Positions 30,372 through 41,181 of a stretch of 64,000 nt of DNA are shown piece after piece. The notes beneath the pieces were generated by a model. That model was given only the letters and a program-made list of their open reading frames with translations. It was not told the origin of the DNA and did no database searches. The stretch is from Thiotrichaceae bacterium. GTDB lineage: Bacteria; Pseudomonadota; Gammaproteobacteria; Eutrophobiales; Eutrophobiaceae. The DNA lies in NCBI GenBank assembly GCA_012960105.1, contig DUBV01000005.1, positions 77,000 to 140,999 on the forward strand, written 5' to 3'. Within the stretch, counting starts at the first letter, position 1. Every line of letters starts with the position of its first letter. The translations under genes and the position numbers were made by a program.

Positions 30372-31433
30372 CTATGCTCTAAGAATTGTTGCTAGCTCAG
30401 TATAATACTGTTGCGCAACATGACTCCATAGACATTTTGTTTCAATATAACGTTTTGTTTTTGTAGATAAATCTTGCCGTAGGTTATCATCATCCAAAAG
30501 TGCAGATAATACCTTTGCATAATCTATCGATTTTTCAGGGTTTACCAACAGTCCATTTTCACCATGTTTGATTGCATCACATAATCCTTCTAGCTTAGAA
30601 GCAACAATTGGTAAGCCAGCTGCTCCCGCCTCAAGTACAACCAGGCCAAAGCCTTCCATATCTCCTTCAATCGGAATATTAGGTTGAACAAATATGTCTG
30701 CTGCTTGTAATAAAGCCACCTTTTGTTCATCACTGACCGAACCGAGTAGTATGACTCTATCCTGTAAACCAGATGCCACAATAGATTTTTCTATATCAAG
30801 TCTATCAGAACCATCTCCTGCAATAAGATAAATGACATTATTATCCAGTTTGTTCATAACTTCTCTGACAAACCAGGAGACACCTTTCCGTTTAACCAGA
30901 CGTCCTATGGTTAACAGATATTTCTTTTCAGCTTGTAAGTTTAATAAATTTCTCGCTTCAGTTTGACTCATAGTGGCATTAAAAAGATTTACACCAAGTG
31001 GGATAAAAACACAGCTTTTTTCATCAATACCATGAACTACAGCCTGATGAATTGTTTCATTGCTACAAGCAAATAAGGAATCAAGTCGTTTCAAAGCAAA
31101 CTTTACCCAAAGTCTTTGATAAAAAGAGTTTCTAAAAGTCACATCCAGACCAACAATAATTGAAACGACGGGTTTTCGAGTTAAAACTTTTAACAACCAA
31201 CCGGATAGTCCTAAAACACCATCACCTAATAAAATGACATCATATTTTCGAGCTATAAATAATGCTTTTATGAATGAATAGAATAGGAAGAAAGGAAGGG
31301 CTGATTTTCCTTGGGTATTAGCGATGACTTTTATATCTGCGAACTCAGTTAGAGCATGAGATATCTCAAAGTTTAGTTTTTCTATGCCGCCAACAACAGG
31401 AGGATAGGCTCTGGATATAAATAGGATTTTCAT
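30372..31433 (-). CDS. GT4 glycosyltransferase
   Basis: YPPVVGG, GRLVKRKG, EGFGLVVLEA (E-x7-E). Confidence 0.9.
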   Translation of the reverse strand: MKILFISRAYPPVVGGIEKLNFEISHALTEFADIKVIANTQGKSALPFFLFYSFIKALFIARKYDVILLGDGVLGLSGWLLKVLTRKPVVSIIVGLDVTFRNSFYQRLWVKFALKRLDSLFACSNETIHQAVVHGIDEKSCVFIPLGVNLFNATMSQTEARNLLNLQAEKKYLLTIGRLVKRKGVSWFVREVMNKLDNNVIYLIAGDGSDRLDIEKSIVASGLQDRVILLGSVSDEQKVALLQAADIFVQPNIPIEGDMEGFGLVVLEAGAAGLPIVASKLEGLCDAIKHGENGLLVNPEKSIDYAKVLSALLDDDNLRQDLSTKTKRYIETKCLWSHVAQQYYTELATILRA

Positions 31434-31661
31434 GTGATGCTATCGGGTTTCGATACTTATTACAGAATATAACGGTAATAAACTTGATTTTGCCATGATA
31501 AATACAATCATAGATTTGGTCTCATCGATTGTTACTAAATAGGAAGTATCTTCTTATTGTTTGAAAGAGGCTATTATTATAATATTTCGAATAAATTAAG
31601 AACATCAATAATATCACAGTTTGGCACTAATTCAGTTTCAAGCTTTTAGTTGTGATAGTAG

Positions 31662-32606
31662 ATGAATCAAAATAGTAAAGGGAATATGCCAATATCACGT
31701 CTAAAAATCACATATGCACTATATTCCTTAGGCTTGGGATTTGTTTTTTACTTGCTTTACAAATCATGGCCGGAAGTCAGCGCTCAAATTATAGACTTTA
31801 AAATTAGCTACCTTGTTATTTCTACAATTGCTTTATTGTGTAATACCTTAATAGGATGTTGGTTATTAAAAAAACTTCTTAACTCTTATAAAGTATCTAT
31901 AAGCTATTTCCAAACGTGTAAAATATTTTATTTATCACAAATATCAAAATATTTACCGGGCGTTGTTTGGGGTCTTGCAATGCAAGCATCTATGCTTGAC
32001 TCTGATAAAGCAATGAAAAAAATTGTATTTTCAAATATTCGATTCTTGTTATTTATTACAGCTTTTTTTCTTTTCACTAGTTCCGCGTATCTAGCATTGA
32101 GATACTCATTAATAATAGCTTGTCTTTTATTCATAAGCTCTTTTGTGACGGTTTTTTGTCTAAATAAAGACTCTATTCTCAATATTATTTTAACTCCCTT
32201 TCATAAACTCCATTCATATTTTTATCTGGAAAAAATAAATGAATGTAAAATAAGCACTGATAAATTATTTTTATCTTGTATAGGGATATATATAACTTAT
32301 ATTCTAACAATTTCCACTATTGTTTTGGCTTTTTATGAAGTAACTTTATATGAGGCAATAGAAATTTCTATATATCAATGTATAGCATGGGTTGCAGGAA
32401 TGTTAGTATTTTTAGTGCCGGCTGGTATGGGTGTAAGAGAGGCGGCTTTTCTTGCCTTGGGAAATCTTTCAACTAATTTTTCTACAGAACAAATACAGTC
32501 TATTGCCATTCTGACAAGGTTTGTTCAGTTGATTCAAGATGTCATACTATCATTAATAGCGATACTTTTTATCAAAGCAAGGAGGTTGAGTCGCAGTTTA
32601 GGATAA
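31662..32606 (+). CDS. UPF0104 / lysylphosphatidylglycerol-synthase TM-domain membrane protein, putative flippase
   Basis: Multi-TM protein with SQISKYLPG and VPAGMGVREA motifs. Confidence 0.72.
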   Translation: MNQNSKGNMPISRLKITYALYSLGLGFVFYLLYKSWPEVSAQIIDFKISYLVISTIALLCNTLIGCWLLKKLLNSYKVSISYFQTCKIFYLSQISKYLPGVVWGLAMQASMLDSDKAMKKIVFSNIRFLLFITAFFLFTSSAYLALRYSLIIACLLFISSFVTVFCLNKDSILNIILTPFHKLHSYFYLEKINECKISTDKLFLSCIGIYITYILTISTIVLAFYEVTLYEAIEISIYQCIAWVAGMLVFLVPAGMGVREAAFLALGNLSTNFSTEQIQSIAILTRFVQLIQDVILSLIAILFIKARRLSRSLG

Positions 32607-33195
32607 ATTAAGAGTAGTTTAATATGCTACAAGTAAGTGTTCTAGATATTTATAAAGAGTTAATTTGTCTCTCTATCCCTTCTTGCGAGAAGTAAATTCT
32701 TCTAGTAATGTTTTCGCCTGAGTTTTGTTTCTGGGCTTCTATCGAGTAGCGTGACGATAATACCTTTTAATAGTTCTGCTGTCTCCATCACATAAATTTG
32801 CTATGTTCGTTTTCTGTAAGTTATTTATAGTTTATTCTGTAACAATTAATGAATGTACATGAATTTTGTGATGTTCTATTCCTTCTAAGAGAATATGGTG
32901 GAGCCATGTGATGGCTTGGAAGGAAGCCTGCTGTGCTTCACTAGGATTAATTGAAAATATGCGGTTAGGCATATTGTGTGTATTACTTGGAAGGGATATC
33001 AAAATTTTTGGTTTCGATTGTTGAATTTTATTAAGAATAAGAATTTAACTAAAGTGCTAAGGATAGTAGTAAAAGAAAGAGTGTTTATCCGAAGCAAAGA
33101 TATGACGAATACATGTATCAATTATTTAGTTACTATTAAGGTATGGGGCCAGAGAATATTTCTGATTTCTGTAACATTAAAATAGATAAAAAATT

Positions 33196-34230
33196 ATGAA
33201 GAAACGCGCATTAATTACTGGCATCTCAGGACAAGATGGGGCTTTTTTATCACAGTTCCTCCTAGAAAAAAATTATGAAATTTATGGTGCGTACAGGCGT
33301 AGTTCATCTCCAATTACTTGGCGTCTTAACGAATTAGGGATTGACGGCGATGTAAAAATGGTACCGTTTGAACTGCTGGATTATTCAAACATATTAAGCG
33401 TAATTGGCGAAGTGCAACCGGATGAAATATATAATTTAGCTGCACAAAGTTTTGTTAAAGGATCATTCGAAAAACCGATTTATACCGCTGATGTAGATGC
33501 TGTTGGTGTGTTGAAAGTATTAGAGGCAATTAGAGTTGTTAATCCAGAAATAAAATTTTATCAAGCATCAACGTCTGAATTATTTGGTGTCCCAAAGGAA
33601 TTTCCTCAAACAGAAACAACACCATTTTATCCTCGGAGTCCCTATTCCGCAGCGAAATTATTTGCACATACTATTACTATTAACTATAGAGAAGCGTATG
33701 GACTTCATGCTTCTGCTGGTATCTTATTTAATCATGAGTCGGAATTTAGAGGAATAGGTTTTGTAACTAGAAAGATCACCTCTTCATTAGCTAGTATAAA
33801 ACAAGGGAATCTCGATTCTTTCGAATTAGGCAATATATATTCCAAGAGGGACTGGGGCTACGCAAAAGATTATGTGTCTGCTATGTGGGAAATGTTACAG
33901 CAGGAAAAAGCGGATGAATATGTTATTGCAACTGGAGAATCACATACAATTAAAGAGTTTATTACGTTAGCAGCTGCGTCTATTGGGTTTGATCTAGAAT
34001 GGTCTGGAGAAGGAGTAAATGAATATGCAATTGATAAAAAGAGAGGAAAAAAAATAATTACGATTAATGAGAAGTATTTTCGTCCTTCAGAAGTTGACAT
34101 GTTACAAGGAGATATAAGTAAAGCGAAAGAAATATTAGGTTGGGAACCAACTGTTACGTTTGAACAACTTGCTGAAAAAATGGCAGTATCAGATTATGAA
34201 AGAGTGAAAAATGGAAAGCGGTTAGTTTAA
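33196..34230 (+). CDS. gmd: GDP-mannose 4,6-dehydratase
   Basis: ALITGISGQDG, YNLAAQSFV, YQASTSE, FYPRSPYSAAK, GILFNHES, FVTRKIT, RDWGYAKDYV. Confidence 0.95.
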   Translation: MKKRALITGISGQDGAFLSQFLLEKNYEIYGAYRRSSSPITWRLNELGIDGDVKMVPFELLDYSNILSVIGEVQPDEIYNLAAQSFVKGSFEKPIYTADVDAVGVLKVLEAIRVVNPEIKFYQASTSELFGVPKEFPQTETTPFYPRSPYSAAKLFAHTITINYREAYGLHASAGILFNHESEFRGIGFVTRKITSSLASIKQGNLDSFELGNIYSKRDWGYAKDYVSAMWEMLQQEKADEYVIATGESHTIKEFITLAAASIGFDLEWSGEGVNEYAIDKKRGKKIITINEKYFRPSEVDMLQGDISKAKEILGWEPTVTFEQLAEKMAVSDYERVKNGKRLV

Positions 34231-34328
34231 TGAGTTTATTAAGGTTCGTTTACAACTATAGTGCTCATAATAGTTAATAGGCTATTTTAAAATTAGTATA
34301 CTTTTGTAATTAATAGTCGAAAATTAAC

Positions 34329-35099
34329 CTAAGAGATCAATTTAAGCATAGCTTTTACCATTTTAGGGTTTGCAGAAACTATATTTCCGCTTTCTAAGTA
34401 ATCTAATCCGCCTGATATTTCACTGCTAATTCCACCAGCTTCTTGTACTATTAGTACCCCAGCAGCAATATCCCAAGGTTTTAAATCATATTCCCAGAAC
34501 CCATCAAGACGACCACAAGCAACATAGGCTAAGTCTAGTGATGCTGCACCGGCTCTTCTAATGCCTGCTGCTTTTGGGAAAAAGGATTTAAAGTTTCCTA
34601 TAAATCTATCCATGTCGTGCCCTTCCTTGAAAGGAAAGCCAGTGCCAAGTAAAGCACCATCTATTGTTTTTTGTGAACTCACACGAATTTTTTTATTATT
34701 AAGTTGTGCGCCTTTGCCTTTTGAAGCAGTAAATAATTCCTGTTTTACCGGGTCGTATATAACAGCTTGATCTAGACGATCTTTATATTGAAGTGCAATA
34801 GAGATAGCAAAATGAGGGAAACCATGTAAAAAATTAGTTGTGCCATCAAGCGGGTCAATAATCCAGACGTATTCACTATCGCCAGATTTACCTGATTCCT
34901 CTGCGAGAAAAGCATGATCAGGGTAAGCCTTTTTAATGGTTTCGATGATGATATATTCAGCTTGTTTATCAACTTCTGTGACAAAGTCATTTTTTCCCTT
35001 TATATCAATCGAAATATCACTGACGCGATCCATTTCACGTACAATAGAGTCGCCGGCAGCTCTAGCTGCTCGGATAGCGATATTAAGCATGGGGTGCAT
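34329..35099 (-). CDS. suhB: Inositol monophosphatase SuhB
   Basis: Start placed at ATG 35099 (MHPMLNIA, GGAG upstream); WIIDPLDGTTNF, RRAGAASLDL, WDIAAG. Confidence 0.95.
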   Translation of the reverse strand: MHPMLNIAIRAARAAGDSIVREMDRVSDISIDIKGKNDFVTEVDKQAEYIIIETIKKAYPDHAFLAEESGKSGDSEYVWIIDPLDGTTNFLHGFPHFAISIALQYKDRLDQAVIYDPVKQELFTASKGKGAQLNNKKIRVSSQKTIDGALLGTGFPFKEGHDMDRFIGNFKSFFPKAAGIRRAGAASLDLAYVACGRLDGFWEYDLKPWDIAAGVLIVQEAGGISSEISGGLDYLESGNIVSANPKMVKAMLKLIS

Positions 35100-35165
35100 A
35101 GTGTTCTCCAAATAGTTAGCGGGGTATTCTACGTTGTCAGTAGTAATGAGTGAAGCAATACAAGC

Positions 35166-35891
35166 ATGAAAAATATTTTTGATAAAATTAGGATTGTCTT
35201 AGTCAGTACAACACATCCCGGTAATATTGGTGCAGCAGCCCGCGCCATGAAAACCATGTCACAGGAAAATTTGTATCTTGTGGAGCCTAAAATTTTTCCT
35301 TCAGCCGAAGCGACATCAAGAGCAACAGGTGCAGATGACGTACTAGCCGCAACCACGGTGTGCTCTAGTTTAAAAGAAGCTATTGCCGGTTGTGATCTGG
35401 TGATTGGCACTAGTGCCCGAACCAGAAGTATACCTTGGCCGATGGTTTTGCCGCGTGAATGCGCACAAACAGTTTCCGAAGATAAATATTCATCTGTCGC
35501 TATTGTCTTCGGCCGGGAGAATTCAGGTTTAAGTAACGATGAACTGGAATTATGTAATCTTGTTCTGCAAATACCTACTAATACAGAATATAGCTCATTG
35601 AACTTAGCCTCGGCCGTTCAAATTATTTGTTATGAGATATATCTGTTAGGCATCTATGAAAGCAGGGTTGAGTCGGCCGAAACGGACTCGCCTTTAGTTC
35701 ATCAGGATAAAATGGAAATGTTTTATCAGCATCTAGAAGAATGTATGGTCGACATCGGTTTTCATGATGTAGATAACCCGCGTCTATTAATGCATCGAAT
35801 GCGACGGCTATTTAATCGCGCACAATTGGAAGAAAGTGAATGCAATATCTTGCGTGGAATTTTGGCGAAGGTTCAGGGAAAAATTAAATAA
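35166..35891 (+). CDS. trmJ: tRNA (C32/U32-2'-O)-methyltransferase TrmJ
   Basis: [31 protein letters not shown]; divergent from suhB. Confidence 0.92.
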   Translation: MKNIFDKIRIVLVSTTHPGNIGAAARAMKTMSQENLYLVEPKIFPSAEATSRATGADDVLAATTVCSSLKEAIAGCDLVIGTSARTRSIPWPMVLPRECAQTVSEDKYSSVAIVFGRENSGLSNDELELCNLVLQIPTNTEYSSLNLASAVQIICYEIYLLGIYESRVESAETDSPLVHQDKMEMFYQHLEECMVDIGFHDVDNPRLLMHRMRRLFNRAQLEESECNILRGILAKVQGKIK

Positions 35892-36927
35892 TTACTTTAT
35901 TTTCTGAATCGTTGCCTGCAATGATTTTTCCAATCTCCCAGGCCGTCTCACCACTATTATTCAGATAACTAATTGCTGCTTTCTTATTCTCTTGTGCCAC
36001 ACAGACAATCATGCCGACACCACAGTTAAATGTTTTATACATTTCGTGTGCTTCAACATTACCTTGTTCTTGAAGCCATTTAAAAATGGGAGGCAGTGAC
36101 CAACTAGCCGCATCAATTTCAACAGATAGATTATCAGGAATGACTCGCGGAATATTTTCGATTAATCCACCCCCAGTAATATGGGCAATGGCATTCACAG
36201 GTACTTCATTAATTAATCCCAGAATTTGTTTTACATAGAGTCGTGTAGGTTCGAGCAAGAGGTCTAGTAGTGTTTTGTCGCCCAGCTTCTCAGATAGATC
36301 CTGATTCGTATGTTCAATTATTTTTCTAACCAGAGAATAACCATTTGAATGACAGCCGCTAGATGCAAGTGCAATGACCGCATCACCTTCAGATACATTT
36401 TCTCCGGTAATTATTTCATCTTTTTCAACAACGCCGACGCAAAATCCGGCCAGATCATAATCACCTTCTGTATACATCCCTGGCATTTCCGCCGTTTCGC
36501 CACCAATGAGACTACATCCCGATAAGGAACAGCCTTCTGCAATACCATTAATGACTGTTTCAGCAACATCAACATCAAGACTTGAGGTGGCAAAATAATC
36601 CAGAAAGAATAAAGGATCTGCGCCTTGCACTATCAAATCATTCACACACATCCCGACTAAATCTATACCAATAGATTCGTGTCGATTATTTTCAATAGCG
36701 AGTTTGATTTTGGTGCCAACACCATCGGTGCCGGAAACCAGGACAGGATGCTTGTAATTTAATGAACCGAGGTCAAATAAAGCACCAAAGCCACCAAGAC
36801 CACCCATAACACCGGGTCGATGGGTTTTGCCGACGCTCTTTTTCAGCCGCTTAACCAGTTCATTGCCTTGCTCTATATCAACGCCAGCGTCTTTATAGCT
36901 GAGTTTTTTGTCTGAGGGGTTATTCAT
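35884..36927 (-). CDS. purM: Phosphoribosylformylglycinamidine cyclo-ligase (AIR synthetase)
   Basis: [38 protein letters not shown]; start placed at ATG 36927. Confidence 0.96.
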   Translation of the reverse strand: MNNPSDKKLSYKDAGVDIEQGNELVKRLKKSVGKTHRPGVMGGLGGFGALFDLGSLNYKHPVLVSGTDGVGTKIKLAIENNRHESIGIDLVGMCVNDLIVQGADPLFFLDYFATSSLDVDVAETVINGIAEGCSLSGCSLIGGETAEMPGMYTEGDYDLAGFCVGVVEKDEIITGENVSEGDAVIALASSGCHSNGYSLVRKIIEHTNQDLSEKLGDKTLLDLLLEPTRLYVKQILGLINEVPVNAIAHITGGGLIENIPRVIPDNLSVEIDAASWSLPPIFKWLQEQGNVEAHEMYKTFNCGVGMIVCVAQENKKAAISYLNNSGETAWEIGKIIAGNDSENKVII

Positions 36928-37002
36928 GGTGGCTATGGTATCGATGTCGACTGTTAACCGCAATCCTTGACTTAAAGAGCAGTCTTGAATAGCGTGCCTA
37001 CT

Positions 37003-38052
37003 ATGAAATTTAAATTATCTATTATCGTTTGTTTATTCGTTCTTACTTCCCAACCAGTCTATGCCATAAAGGTTTCCGGCCTATATCAGGCGACTGCGAC
37101 AGTTAGTGATGAATCAGCAGCAAAACGTAAGCCAGCCATTAAACGGGCGCTTCTACAGGTATTAATAAAGCTGACGGGAAATCGGAATATTGCCAAGAGC
37201 AGTGGTATTAGTAATTTAATCGAGCGTCCAGAGCAGTATGTTCAGCAATTCCGTTATCAACAAGCAAGCAGTCAGGATAATGGACTGGAGCAATCCGCCA
37301 TTCAGGAGCTATGGGTTCAATTTGATGAAAGTGCTCTGAATGATGTGCTACGTAGCTACAGCATTAGCATCTGGGGCAAAGAACGTCCGTCGATACTGGT
37401 ATGGTTCGCTCATGAAGGCGGTGAAACTCGCAGTCTGGTGACTTTTGAAGAAAGCCCAGAATATATCACGATGCTGGATAATGGCGCTGCAGCTAGAGGT
37501 ATCTCACTATTATTTCCATTGCTCGATCTTGAAGATACTTCGAAAATTAGTGTTAGCGATGTTTGGGCAGATTTTAAAGAACCGGTATTAGCCGCGTCGA
37601 CTCGCTACCAATCAGATGTGATATTGACGGGTAAATTAATTCAAGTTCTACCCACGTTGTGGGAAACACAATGGTCGGTTTATATTGATGCCAGTGAAAA
37701 TCGCTGGACGACACAGGGAGAATCACCAGAAATCGTCCTGGAAGAGGGTATTGATGTGCTCGTCGATAGGCTAGCACATCAATATGTGAATACCGGCTCG
37801 ACGCGTACAGAAGTGATATCGTTATTAGTTACCGATATTAATAATGTGGATAAATATGCTCGAGCATTATCCTATCTGGAATCATTACACTTTGTCCGTG
37901 CCGTGCAAGTGAAACACGTATCCGAGAATGAAGTCTTGTTCGAAGTCATTAGTGACGGTGGCACGTCGGCAATTAACCAGACGATAGCGCTAGGTAAAAC
38001 ATTAGAGCTAGTGAGCAATGAAGAACAGTTGCATTACCGTTTAATTAGATGA
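37003..38052 (+). CDS. DUF2066 family exported protein
   Basis: Signal peptide, [30 protein letters not shown]; usual position divergent from purM. Confidence 0.8.
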   Translation: MKFKLSIIVCLFVLTSQPVYAIKVSGLYQATATVSDESAAKRKPAIKRALLQVLIKLTGNRNIAKSSGISNLIERPEQYVQQFRYQQASSQDNGLEQSAIQELWVQFDESALNDVLRSYSISIWGKERPSILVWFAHEGGETRSLVTFEESPEYITMLDNGAAARGISLLFPLLDLEDTSKISVSDVWADFKEPVLAASTRYQSDVILTGKLIQVLPTLWETQWSVYIDASENRWTTQGESPEIVLEEGIDVLVDRLAHQYVNTGSTRTEVISLLVTDINNVDKYARALSYLESLHFVRAVQVKHVSENEVLFEVISDGGTSAINQTIALGKTLELVSNEEQLHYRLIR

Positions 38053-39113
38053 GCGTACAAATAACAGATGCCCAGAAATGGTTAATTCTGGTTGCAATCA
38101 TAGCGACAGGCTATTTGTTATATTTATTGGCACCCATACTCACTCCATTTCTGATTAGTGCTTTTCTCGCCTATATCGGCGATCCTGCAGTCGACCGACT
38201 GCAAACGATAAAGTTTTCAAGAACACTCGCTGTCGTTTTTGTTTTTTGTCTAATGTTAATTATAGGTTTATGTTTTATGTTAGCGGTGTTTCCGTTAATT
38301 GAAGAACAGATCAGACTGCTACTAACACGCATACCGGTCATGATCGATTGGGTACAATCAGAATTCATCCCTTGGATAACGCAACGATTTGGTTTACAGC
38401 CAGATGCGATAGATCTAGGAGGACTAAAACAATCACTCATGGGACATTGGCAAACCGTTGGTAATGTTGTCGGAAAATTTTTGGCGAAGGTTTCTGCTTC
38501 AGGACAATTAATCATACTCTGGGTCAGTTACACATTATTAGTACCGGTAGTTACTTTTTACTTGCTAAGAGACTGGGATATTCTTGTAGATAAAATAAGA
38601 GAATTAATCCCCCGACGGTATGAAACTGTTACCGTTAAATTAGTAAAAGACAGCGATGCAGTATTGGCTGAATTTTTTAGAGGGCAGTTACTGCTTATGT
38701 TTGCACAAGCTATTTTTTATAGCATAGGCTTGTGGGTAGTCGGTCTAGAGTTTTCATTATTAATAGGCATGACTGCCGGCTTAGTTAGCTTTGTACCTTA
38801 TCTAGGTGTAATAGTCGGAATAGTCGTTGCAGGTATAGCCGCTTTTATGCAGTTTCATGATGTAGTTCATATTGTCTATATATTGGTAGTCTTTGGCATG
38901 GGTCAGATGTTAGAAGGCATGGTGTTAACGCCATTACTCGTCGGTGACAGAATAGGCCTGCACCCAGTTGCTGTTATTTTTGCCGTTATGGCCGGTGCGC
39001 AATTATTTGGTTTTTTTGGCATGTTAATAGCTCTGCCAGTTGCGGCAGTTATAGTCGTACTACTAAGACACTTTCATGAACAATATTTAAACAGTAATTT
39101 TTACACTCCGTAA
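38049..39113 (+). CDS. AI-2E family transporter (PerM-like)
   Basis: LAPILTPF, FYLLRDW, FFRGQL, FVPYLG, LVGDRIGLHP; precedes hda. Confidence 0.9.
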   Translation: MSVQITDAQKWLILVAIIATGYLLYLLAPILTPFLISAFLAYIGDPAVDRLQTIKFSRTLAVVFVFCLMLIIGLCFMLAVFPLIEEQIRLLLTRIPVMIDWVQSEFIPWITQRFGLQPDAIDLGGLKQSLMGHWQTVGNVVGKFLAKVSASGQLIILWVSYTLLVPVVTFYLLRDWDILVDKIRELIPRRYETVTVKLVKDSDAVLAEFFRGQLLLMFAQAIFYSIGLWVVGLEFSLLIGMTAGLVSFVPYLGVIVGIVVAGIAAFMQFHDVVHIVYILVVFGMGQMLEGMVLTPLLVGDRIGLHPVAVIFAVMAGAQLFGFFGMLIALPVAAVIVVLLRHFHEQYLNSNFYTP

Positions 39114-39829
39114 TGCCAAGTGATTTTTCTGAAAATTCTTCTTTAGACCAAATTCCATTTCAGTTTGGCAATTTTCAGCAGGATGATTTCTCCTCATTTT
39201 TGTCAGGAGAAAATCAAGAGTTGTTGACGCTGATGAATAAGATTTCTAAAAAAGAAGAAATTCATCATCTCTATATTTGGGGTGCAACCGGATTCGGCAA
39301 GACGCATCTATTGCAAGCCGCATGCAAACAAGCCTCTGAATCTGATTTGCAAGTAGCCTATCTTCCTCTTAAGCAGTTATCAGAATTAAGCTCTGAAATG
39401 TTACATGACTTAGGTGAACTGGATTTAGTTTGTGTTGATGATATTGAATGTGTCGCCGGACAAATAGAATGGCAACAAGGTTTAGTCTGGCTATATAACG
39501 AATTGCGCGACAATGAACATTCCATGATTATAAGTTCAAATGTTTCAGCGACAAATATTGAGCTTGAAGTCGATGATCTAAAATCCAGGTTAAGCTGGGA
39601 TCAGGTACTTCGCATTAAAGAAGCTGATGACGAATTGAAAATACAAATACTAAAACAAAAAGCCAATGCACGATCATTTGAACTGAGTGATGAGGTTATA
39701 GAGTATTTAATTGTCCGAGTTGACCGTAATCTAGGTTCACTAATAGACATATTGGATAAAATCGATCACGCATCGCTTGCGGCAAAACGGAAGATAACGA
39801 TTCCTTTTGTCAAAGATTTGATTAACTAG
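39113..39829 (+). CDS. hda: DnaA regulatory inactivator Hda
   Basis: Clamp-binding-like QIPFQF, Walker A GATGFGKTHLL, DLKSRL, KRKITIPFVK. Confidence 0.92.
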   Translation: MPSDFSENSSLDQIPFQFGNFQQDDFSSFLSGENQELLTLMNKISKKEEIHHLYIWGATGFGKTHLLQAACKQASESDLQVAYLPLKQLSELSSEMLHDLGELDLVCVDDIECVAGQIEWQQGLVWLYNELRDNEHSMIISSNVSATNIELEVDDLKSRLSWDQVLRIKEADDELKIQILKQKANARSFELSDEVIEYLIVRVDRNLGSLIDILDKIDHASLAAKRKITIPFVKDLIN

Positions 39830-39943
39830 TCATTTATAGCAATTGTAGCAGTATTATCATTGTTACAAGTGATTGCGATTTTAGTAGGTCGATGAAACAC
39901 ATTAATTAAATTTTTAATCTAACCCTGATTTTCTATGTTTAGT

Positions 39944-39959
39944 AGGCATAATTATTGCT
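39944..39959 (+). promoter_or_regulatory. Candidate sigma54 promoter
   Basis: AGGCATAATTATTGCT has GG-N10-GC spacing with TTGC, about 85 bp upstream of ATG 40045. Confidence 0.55.
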
Positions 39960-40044
39960 AATTTTATAGTTTGGTATTAGGCCAATGTGTGCACAGTAAG
40001 AGCCACTTTAAATAATTCGAAGAACTGTAAGTAAAATAGCATCA

Positions 40045-41181
40045 ATGAATTCAAATCTAAAAAATACAGATATGCAGGATATCTTACTTAATATATTAAA
40101 GGGTATCTCCTTTGATTCAGGTCAATCTTATTTTGCCTCATTGACTAAGCAATTAACGGAAGTTCTAAAGGCAGATTTCGCCATCATCGGTAAATTAAAA
40201 GATGACAAAATTGCACGTATTCAGACACTAGCTGTCGTTACAGAAGGTGAATTAATTGAGAATTTTGAATACGATTTGGAACACGCACCTTGTGCAAAAG
40301 CCATTAGCAATTCGATATGTATTCATGCAAGCGGTATACAAGAAATATACCCTCAAGATTCTTTTTTAGAAGCGAAGAATATAGAAGCTTACGCTGGAAT
40401 TCGTCTGCTTGACGCTAATGGAAACCTGTAGGGCATTATGAATGTGCTCTATCGCCATTCGATTGAGAATTTGAATGTAGTTGAATTTATACTGAAAGTC
40501 TTAGCAGTGCACACTTCAGCAGAAATAAACAGGATCAATATAGAAAAAGAGCTGCTCGAGTCCGAGAGAAAAAATCGTGCCTGGATAGAGAAATCTCCGG
40601 TTTGCACCAAAATACTGGACCTTGATTTTAATTTGCAATACATGAGTTCTGCAGGTGTGCAAGCGCTTAATATTGACGACATCACTTTGCACTATGGGAA
40701 ACCCTATCCTTTAGAATTTTATCCTGAGTCATTCAAAAACAAGATGCTTGAAAGTTTGAAAAAAGCTTTAAAGACAAATGAAGTTGTTGAACAGGAAGCC
40801 CCCGTGTTCGATGTGGATGGAAATGAATTATGGTTTCATTCGACCATAATCCCTGTTCTGGATGATAAATGTGAAAATGACTACATCATGGTCTTATCCC
40901 TCGAGATTACCGATCGCAAACGTGCGGAAGATAATCTGAAGCAAAGTGAAGAACGTTTTAACTTTGCTATGCAAGGTGCCAATGATGGTCTGTGGGACTG
41001 GGACTTGAAGACCGATGAGGTCTACTATTCGCCACGCTGGAAAAGCATGTTGGGATATAAAGATGATGAAATTAAACATCATGTATCAGAATGGAAACGA
41101 CTGTTGCACCCAGATGATTTGGACATGACATTAGCCAATGCTGAAGCCTGTATAAATGATGAAAAAAATAGTCGTTGTTGA
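40045..41181 (+). pseudogene. Disrupted GAF-PAS-PAS sensor protein
   Basis: ORFs 40045-40431 and 40438-41181 share a frame and are split by one TAG (40429-40431) inside the GAF domain. The second PAS (NDGLWDWDL...YSPRWKSMLGY...HPDD) stops half-way, with no output domain. Confidence 0.8.

Noticed and set aside
32660-32790. Short minus-strand reading METAELLKGIIVTLL..., possibly a frameshifted gene remnant
   Set aside because: Too short to assign without a BLASTX search.
32895-32945. GC-richer stem containing GGAAGGAAGC, reminiscent of the SRP RNA loop
   Set aside because: Lacks the conserved CAGG...AGCAG internal loop and the long SRP stem.
32976-33185. 69-aa ORF before gmd
   Set aside because: No recognisable motif or RBS; likely spurious.
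17759-34230. Reading the island as a standard O-antigen or capsule cluster
   Set aside because: No wzx, wzy, wzz, wzm/wzt, wza/wzc or initiating phosphoglycosyltransferase is recognisable, and GT-C enzymes dominate. LPS decoration by some modules cannot be excluded.
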